In this document: positions 57,254 through 64,000 of the stretch, piece by piece | Numbering within the stretch: the stretch's first letter is position 1 | Layout: every line of letters starts with the position of its first letter | From: Candidatus Hadarchaeota archaeon | GTDB lineage: Archaea; Hadarchaeota; Hadarchaeia; Hadarchaeales; Hadarchaeaceae | Direction of reading: 5' to 3' | DNA length: 64,000 bases | Assembly (NCBI GenBank): GCA_964514965.1 | Contig: CAZETV010000002.1 | Coordinates: 37,547 to 101,546, forward strand | The notes under the pieces: model-generated | What the model was told of the DNA's origin: nothing | Seen by the model: the letters and a program-made list of their open reading frames with translations, nothing else | Databases searched by the model: none | Program-made: the position numbers and the translations under genes

Positions 57254-58069
57254 GTGAAGGAATTTATTTTTCTTGACGGGAAACCGTTAAAGCAAAAACT
57301 CCCGCTGCGCTCGTTGTTCTACGGTGAGGGACTCTTCGAAACCTTCAGGTGGCCCGGCTCACCACCCGTTTTCCTAAAAAAACACATCGATCGAATGAAA
57401 CGGGGCTCTGAATTTCTTAAAATACCATTTCCCGCTGAACAAAACATGAAAAATGCTTTGGACGATTCTGTAAACAAATCTGGCGTGAAGGATGCCTATG
57501 TAAAACTTTGTGTCCTTTGCGCTGGCCCCTCGAAATTTTACAAACTGGCGAACGAAGTACAGGTGCTAGTAATGGTTAAGGAATACGCGCCACCGAATAA
57601 ATATGTAAGGGCCCATGTCGTCCCATTCAAGCGAATTTCCTCTTCCCCTCTATCCCGAATCAAGTCTATAAATTACCTTGAGAACATGCTCGCCCGAAGG
57701 GAGGCCGAGCGTAGGGGTTACGGCGAGGCGATATTCCTAAACGAGCGCGGCGAAGTGGCCGAAGGTAGTTCCACGAATATCTTTTGGGTAAAGCGAGGGG
57801 TCCTTTATACCCCTGCTCTTGAGTGTGGGCTCTTGCCCGGCATCACTAGGGAAGCGCTCATCTCGCTAGCCCCAGAACTGGATCTCGAATTAAAGGAAGG
57901 GAAATTCAACTTAAATGAAATCTTCGCGTCCCAGGGCGCGTTTTTCACTAACTCATTGATAGGGATAGCGGCTATCACCGAGATAGACGAGACAGAATTG
58001 ACCGTAGACGGGGCGCTTTTCGGCAGGCTCAGGAACTCCCTCTTTAGGAGACTTGGATGGGCCCCCTAA
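57254..58069 (+). CDS. pabC: class IV aminotransferase (aminodeoxychorismate lyase-like)
   Basis: Fold-type IV pattern (ERRGYGEAIFLNERGEVAEGSSTNIF). Adjacent to pabB. Confidence 0.65.
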   Translation: MKEFIFLDGKPLKQKLPLRSLFYGEGLFETFRWPGSPPVFLKKHIDRMKRGSEFLKIPFPAEQNMKNALDDSVNKSGVKDAYVKLCVLCAGPSKFYKLANEVQVLVMVKEYAPPNKYVRAHVVPFKRISSSPLSRIKSINYLENMLARREAERRGYGEAIFLNERGEVAEGSSTNIFWVKRGVLYTPALECGLLPGITREALISLAPELDLELKEGKFNLNEIFASQGAFFTNSLIGIAAITEIDETELTVDGALFGRLRNSLFRRLGWAP

Positions 58070-58410
58070 CTTTTTTCTTTCAACTTCAAAATTGCCTCGG
58101 CGATGTCGCCACCTGTTTCCTTGAGCACCTGCATTGCGGCCTCTAGCTCGACTCCCGCCTGATCCATCACCAGCTTGATGTCATCTTCGCTCGGCCCTAG
58201 CTCTAGCTTTCGCTCGAACTCCTGCCCGCTCACCTGATAGCTCCGCTGTCCTGCCATCTCGGTGCGCGTCACCTGAGCGTTGGATATCACGATTTCCCGG
58301 TCTGCGAGCTTGATTACGACCTCTTGCACACCCTCAAGCTCATCCATTTTAACTCCCATCTGCCGCATCGCACGCTCCATCTGCCGCCGGTCTATCCGTT
58401 TTGGAAACAC
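58066..58410 (-). CDS. nac: nascent polypeptide-associated complex protein (archaeal NAC alpha)
   Basis: NAC domain plus a C-terminal UBA-like GGDIAEAILKL. Confidence 0.8.
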   Translation of the reverse strand: MFPKRIDRRQMERAMRQMGVKMDELEGVQEVVIKLADREIVISNAQVTRTEMAGQRSYQVSGQEFERKLELGPSEDDIKLVMDQAGVELEAAMQVLKETGGDIAEAILKLKEKS

Positions 58411-58438
58411 TAAACCAACCTCGGCGTTTCAAACGCTG

Positions 58439-58966
58439 CTAACTCAATGCCCTTTGCCCTTTTTTTTCCATCCGTTCATTTATACCACCTAACCCTCTTC
58501 TAACTTCTACTGCTTTACCGACTTTAAACGCTATCATTTCCTCACCAGTTAATAAGGTTTTACCGCTCGCTAGCAGACGGTCCCGTGAATCCACGACTAG
58601 CACCTCCTCGGCAGGCCTTATCTCAGGGTCCGCTGCCACGACGTGTTTTGCGAACACTGTCTTTCCCTGCGCTACAAAAGGTGCCGCATCGTCGCTCACC
58701 ACCACTCGAAGGCTAGGTGGCTTGAGTGTCCGATGCACTAGCTCGGCTCCTTTTCGATTAAGAATGATGAAACCATCGGAGGCGCGAATCGAACACAATG
58801 GCTCGCCGGTCAATAGAACTTGACGAATTCTCCCTCTACTTTTCAACACTTGGACGCTGCTGGGAAAAAGTGCCTGCCCAACCCCACGGCCGAATAAATA
58901 GTCCGCCACCGCGCGTAGTTTAAACAGTTCTTTCCCCGTTGGTTCCTGCAAACGACCACCGTGCAA
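58439..58966 (-). CDS. PUA-domain RNA-binding protein
   Basis: C-terminal PUA-like region (VVDSRDRLLASGKTLLTGEEM..FKVGKAVEVRRG). Confidence 0.5.
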   Translation of the reverse strand: MHGGRLQEPTGKELFKLRAVADYLFGRGVGQALFPSSVQVLKSRGRIRQVLLTGEPLCSIRASDGFIILNRKGAELVHRTLKPPSLRVVVSDDAAPFVAQGKTVFAKHVVAADPEIRPAEEVLVVDSRDRLLASGKTLLTGEEMIAFKVGKAVEVRRGLGGINERMEKKGQRALS

Positions 58967-59097
58967 AATTGACTGCGGCTAGTGAAAAAGTTTTGGGGCG
59001 TTGGATATTCTAAATATGACACGCTATGCTCAGCGCCTTTTTGTTAATGAGGCGATGAGATTTTAAGGATTCACACCTGAGAGAGCTTGGGAGCTCG

Positions 59098-60141
59098 ATG
59101 ATACTTACCTTTGAACAGGAAAAAACCATCATTCGAACATTGCTACAGAAGCTCGGTGTGGACGAAGAGCAATCCAGCGCCACGGCCGAAGTCTTAGCTG
59201 AGGGCGACCTCCGCGGCTTCTCCTCCCACGGCCTTCTCCGCCTGCCCTACATCCTGAGGGCGCTAAAGCGAGGTACGATCATCGCCAATGCAAAGGTCGA
59301 AATCATGCGCGAAACTCCGGCGACCGCGCTCATTAACGGTGGGCACGGGCTGGGCCACTACACCGGGATGCGAGCGATACGCACAGCAATCGAAAAGGCG
59401 AAAAAACAGGGTGTGGCCGCAGTCGGCGTTTATAACTCAAACCATTTCGGCATCGCAGGGTACTACGCTGAGTTAGCGATGCGTGAAGAGTTGATCGCCA
59501 TCGTGACCACAACTACCGACGCACTCGTTCACCCTTGGGGCGGCGTCGAACCCTTGCTTGGAACAAACGCTCTGGCCATCGGCATCCCCTCCAAGCCTCC
59601 CGTTTTGCTCGACATGGCGATGAGCGTCGCGGCACGTGGTAAGCTCGTTAAAGCGATGAAGGAAGGCAAACCCATTTCTGAAAATTGGGCAATCGATTCT
59701 GAAGGACGACCGACGACCGATCCTGAGAAAGGCCTAGAGGGAGCGCTCAGCCCATTTGGAGGGGTCAAGGGCTACGGGTTGGCTTTCATGCTCGAAATAT
59801 TAGCAGGCCCGCTGGTGGGTGCCGCTGCAGGGAAGGAAGTTCACGGCACACTCGAGCCAGTGGAGGGTTTTTCCACCAAAGGAGACCTCATGGTCGTGAT
59901 TGACCCGGCAAAATTCGGATCAATCGATGAATTCAAGGCACGCATTCAAAAGTTTGTGACGCAGCTCAAGGAATCCCGCAAGGCTCCAGGTGTTAAAGAG
60001 ATTTTGGTGCCTGGTGAACCTGAGTTCTGCATCCGAGAGAAGCGACTTCAGGAAGGCATCCCGATAGCCGACGAAGTTTGGACCGAACTTGAGCAGATTG
60101 CAAAGGATTTAGGGGTAAATATAAAACCCCCTAAAAAATAA
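59098..60141 (+). CDS. Ldh_2-family malate/(S)-sulfolactate dehydrogenase
   Basis: GDLRGFSSHGLLRLPYI and the HFGIAGYY motif of the malate/L-lactate dehydrogenase family 2. Confidence 0.75.
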   Translation: MILTFEQEKTIIRTLLQKLGVDEEQSSATAEVLAEGDLRGFSSHGLLRLPYILRALKRGTIIANAKVEIMRETPATALINGGHGLGHYTGMRAIRTAIEKAKKQGVAAVGVYNSNHFGIAGYYAELAMREELIAIVTTTTDALVHPWGGVEPLLGTNALAIGIPSKPPVLLDMAMSVAARGKLVKAMKEGKPISENWAIDSEGRPTTDPEKGLEGALSPFGGVKGYGLAFMLEILAGPLVGAAAGKEVHGTLEPVEGFSTKGDLMVVIDPAKFGSIDEFKARIQKFVTQLKESRKAPGVKEILVPGEPEFCIREKRLQEGIPIADEVWTELEQIAKDLGVNIKPPKK

Positions 60142-60186
60142 CAAACAATTTCAGTAATGTCTACGGAACCAACTCTTCAAACAGAC

Positions 60187-60750
60187 TCAATTTCGTTTCA
60201 AGTAATCGATAAGCTCGCTTGATATCAGCGGCTTGTCCTTGACGAGCGGGAACGCATATGACAAAAATGTTGAATATACCTCGCTTATTTGAATTTCAAG
60301 CCCACGCTGCACGAGCAACTCCTCGAGTCGCTTGCCTTCGAACACCCGCTTGGCCATGTATACCGCGCCGTCTATCGCGAATTGATGCTTTCCTAGATTT
60401 CGTGCGAGAGCCCTAGGCAACGATGCGGTCAGCAATTTTCTGGTCCGCCCGAGCGGAGGCTCCCCGCCCAAGATGCCACCGATGACGATTGCCCGCTTAC
60501 CCCGCATGTCATCGGGTGATAGCTTTTTTCTCGCGCGAGGGTCGAGCACAACCAACTCCTTTTGATTAAAAATTTCCTTTACTCGTCTTCGTTCAACCTG
60601 TGTCATGCGTTTAATCTTTTGGGATTCTTTTATCTTTTTCACGTTTGTTAAGATCAGGTTATTTTTCCCGACGATTCGCGCTGCATTCGAATACTCAATG
60701 GAAATCCATTCGCTCAACTTAGGCTCAAGGTGCTCGATGACGAATAACAT
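60187..60750 (-). CDS. hypothetical protein (possibly SPOUT/Tsr3-like RNA-modification fold)
   Basis: VVLDPRA..LSPDD...AIVIGGILGGEPP, a weak resemblance only. Confidence 0.25.
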   Translation of the reverse strand: MLFVIEHLEPKLSEWISIEYSNAARIVGKNNLILTNVKKIKESQKIKRMTQVERRRVKEIFNQKELVVLDPRARKKLSPDDMRGKRAIVIGGILGGEPPLGRTRKLLTASLPRALARNLGKHQFAIDGAVYMAKRVFEGKRLEELLVQRGLEIQISEVYSTFLSYAFPLVKDKPLISSELIDYLKRN

Positions 60751-60843
60751 TGGCTATCCCAAACAGTTTATTGGCGACGATATAACTAAAATGCTTAAAA
60801 AACAGTGCAACCTTCGCAAAACAGACCCTGCAACGGGTCAACG

Positions 60844-62085
60844 CTAAGTTTTTTTCGTTAGCAGCTCAACAACAGGCATTTTCTCGCCAGAAAGAAAACT
60901 TATGCATGCGCCGCCGCCAGTGCTGATATGTTTTATCCGGTCGGTAACTCCTGCTTCACGCGCAGCTGCCACTATATGTCCTCCGCCGATTATTGTGAAA
61001 GCTTGGGAGTTTGCCATGGCTTTAAGCACTTTGAAAGTTCCCTGTTCGAATCCTTGCTTTTCAAAAATTCCCAGCGGACCATTTATGACGACAGTTTTCG
61101 CCCCCAAGATTACCTTCGAGTACTCCTCGACCGTTTTGCTTCCAATGTCTCCAATAGGTAGGTCTGTCGGGAGCTTATCTACTCCTAGTTCTTTCGGTGT
61201 TTCTTTCTCCTCAACAATTAAGTCAGAAGGAATTTTTATCTTGTCTCCGTGCTGGGAAAGCAAACGCTTAGCCCGCTCTATTTCTTCACCAAAACCTTTA
61301 TCGAGCAAAAATTGTAGGTTCAGCTTACCCAAATCCTTGCCACTTGCCGCAAGAAGGGCATGCCCGACCAAGCCCCCCGTTAACACGAAGTCCGCAATAC
61401 CCTTAGCAAATACATTTTCGATTATGGTGAGTGAATCATCAGCTTTCGCGCCCCCCAACACATAAACGGAGGGGTGCTCAGGAGTCAACGCGCGACCCAG
61501 CCCTTTGAGTTCACGTTCCATAAGCCGCCCAGCAAAGGTCGGCAGCACAGCGCCAAACCCAACCAAAGAAGGCTGGGATCGGTGGGCTGCGCCGAACGCA
61601 TCATTCACGTAGATATCTACAAGTTCAGCGAGCCTTTTAACTAGATGAGTTTTCGCCATCTTCTCGGGAGAACCTTTCAATGTTTCCTCGGCGCAGAATC
61701 TTACGTTCTCAAGCAGCAGTATCTCACCCGATTGCATTTTCTGGATTTCGGACTTGGCCGTTGGCCCGAAAATGTCCGGGATATATTTAACATCTAAACC
61801 GACATCAGCACTCAATTTTTTCGAGTGTTCCTCCAGAGTAGTGAAATCTTCATCGCCAGGCCTCCCTTGGTGGGCGAGAACGACGACTTTTGCTCCTTTT
61901 TCTGCCAGTTCTTTGATGGTAGGAGCACATTCTCTTATCCGCGTGTCGTCTAAGATTTCACCAGTTTTTGGGTCGATGGGTGCGTTTATGTCCACTCGCA
62001 CGAGCACTGTCTTTCCTTTAACTTCAGCCTTATCGAGGGTAGGAAATTCCAAACCTTTCACCCCATACGCCAGCACGGGCGTCAT
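60844..62085 (-). CDS. pgk: phosphoglycerate kinase
   Basis: 413 aa with N- and C-domain PGK motifs (VRVDINAPI..., GGGACISFL). Confidence 0.9.
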   Translation of the reverse strand: MTPVLAYGVKGLEFPTLDKAEVKGKTVLVRVDINAPIDPKTGEILDDTRIRECAPTIKELAEKGAKVVVLAHQGRPGDEDFTTLEEHSKKLSADVGLDVKYIPDIFGPTAKSEIQKMQSGEILLLENVRFCAEETLKGSPEKMAKTHLVKRLAELVDIYVNDAFGAAHRSQPSLVGFGAVLPTFAGRLMERELKGLGRALTPEHPSVYVLGGAKADDSLTIIENVFAKGIADFVLTGGLVGHALLAASGKDLGKLNLQFLLDKGFGEEIERAKRLLSQHGDKIKIPSDLIVEEKETPKELGVDKLPTDLPIGDIGSKTVEEYSKVILGAKTVVINGPLGIFEKQGFEQGTFKVLKAMANSQAFTIIGGGHIVAAAREAGVTDRIKHISTGGGACISFLSGEKMPVVELLTKKT

Positions 62086-62113
62086 GACAAATTATTTCTT
62101 AAAATTGCCCCCA

Positions 62114-63115
<1,002 letters not shown>

Positions 63116-63286
63116 TTAAACCCCTCCTAATTCATTCACCAAAAACGTTATTTAAACTTTTTCGTCACCCCATTCTTAGCTAATAATTAGTTTTCTACAC
63201 GAAAAAACGTATCTTCTCACCCATACATAGGCCAATTGTCTCATTTTTTAGACGCTTAACATTTTTGGTAAGATTTAAAAGCTAGT

Positions 63287-63973
63287 ATGCTCCGTTTGAC
63301 TAGGGATAACTTGGGTAAAAAGACCACTACCGAGATTTTGCTTTTGCTGGCCAAGGAAGGAGCGCATCTAGAAGACCTGAAACTTTCATTGAGCTGGCTT
63401 GCGGACAAACTAGATATTTCAAGACAGACTGCAGCGCGGCGGCTACTTGAGCTTGAGAACCAGGGCCTAATCAAACGAGCGCTAGGGGCCCGCGGTCAGA
63501 ACGTGCGTATAACACCGACAGGCTTGGCAAACTTGCGCTTAATGCATCGAGAACTCGAGGCGATTTTTGGATTGAAACCGCGTTCGTTTAAGTTAACTGG
63601 CCGGATAATCTCGGGTGTGGGCGAAGGCAGCTATTACATGAGTCAGCGAGGCTACCGCGAGCAATTCGAACGCGAACTAGGTTATACTCCCTATCCGGGG
63701 ACGCTCGACATTACTCTTGACGAAGCATCGCTTGATCTCAAGGCGGTGCTCATGCAACTTCCCGGCAAACATGCCGAGAGCTTTAAAACAAATGAACGAA
63801 CTTTTGGTCAAGTGAAATTTTTCCCAGCTAAATTGAGAAATAAGAAAGCTGCCCTGATTTTGCCATTTAGGAGCCATTATACTGACATCATTGAACTCAT
63901 CGCGCCGAAGAAACTGCGTGAGAGCCTGAAGCTTAGGGATGGCGATGTCGTTCAAGTGGAGGTGATAGTCTGA
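63287..63973 (+). CDS. ribK: CTP-dependent riboflavin kinase (archaeal RibK) with N-terminal winged-HTH
   Basis: C-terminal GxGEGSYYMS...YPGTLDI (MJ0056-type) preceded by an HTH domain. Confidence 0.75.
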   Translation: MLRLTRDNLGKKTTTEILLLLAKEGAHLEDLKLSLSWLADKLDISRQTAARRLLELENQGLIKRALGARGQNVRITPTGLANLRLMHRELEAIFGLKPRSFKLTGRIISGVGEGSYYMSQRGYREQFERELGYTPYPGTLDITLDEASLDLKAVLMQLPGKHAESFKTNERTFGQVKFFPAKLRNKKAALILPFRSHYTDIIELIAPKKLRESLKLRDGDVVQVEVIV

Positions 63974-64000
63974 TTATCGACAGCGCTCTCGAAGCACTCC

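Overview
This window appears to be archaeal chromosome. Markers are a group II chaperonin (thermosome), archaeal NAC, NucS/EndoMS, deoxyhypusine synthase, CTP-type riboflavin kinase with an N-terminal wHTH, AMP phosphorylase and an A24 prepilin peptidase. Composition is mosaic, with an AT-rich, gene-dense core and several GC-rich or very AT-rich accessory patches. The core carries a complete trpEDCFBA operon without trpG, a PhoU-like regulator, AMP phosphorylase, thermosome, a PadR-regulated ABC-2 exporter, a DhnA-type aldolase/ADH synthase, a Grx-like protein plus thioredoxin reductase, CorA, an Lhr helicase, an alkyl-adenine DNA glycosylase, pabB-pabC-like genes, NAC, and a bacterial-type gap-pgk pair. 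Interspersed accessory material is detailed in the findings. At about 12.3-14.6 kb, next to a tRNA, there is a nuclease hot-spot with an orphan Cas2-like ORF, a GIY-YIG protein and members of a small paralogous family. At about 28.3-32.2 kb there are a PqqD-like protein, a P-loop kinase, a TM-anchored Hjc-like nuclease, an RHH/RelE toxin-antitoxin pair and a GC-rich NucS. An AT-rich island at about 34.7-40.8 kb carries a B12-radical SAM gene and a candidate defence operon, made of a PLD-nuclease/SF2-helicase fusion, a DndD-like SMC ATPase that appears split, and small ORFs. A heliorhodopsin lies at about 45.2-46.1 kb, and a short-SMC/ScpA/ScpB-like triad at about 47.0-50.3 kb. A roughly 90-nt promoter-plus-5'-coding module is present three times, each in front of a nuclease-type cassette. 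I found no CRISPR array and no rRNA gene. All calls rest on motif recognition by eye; no database searches were run.
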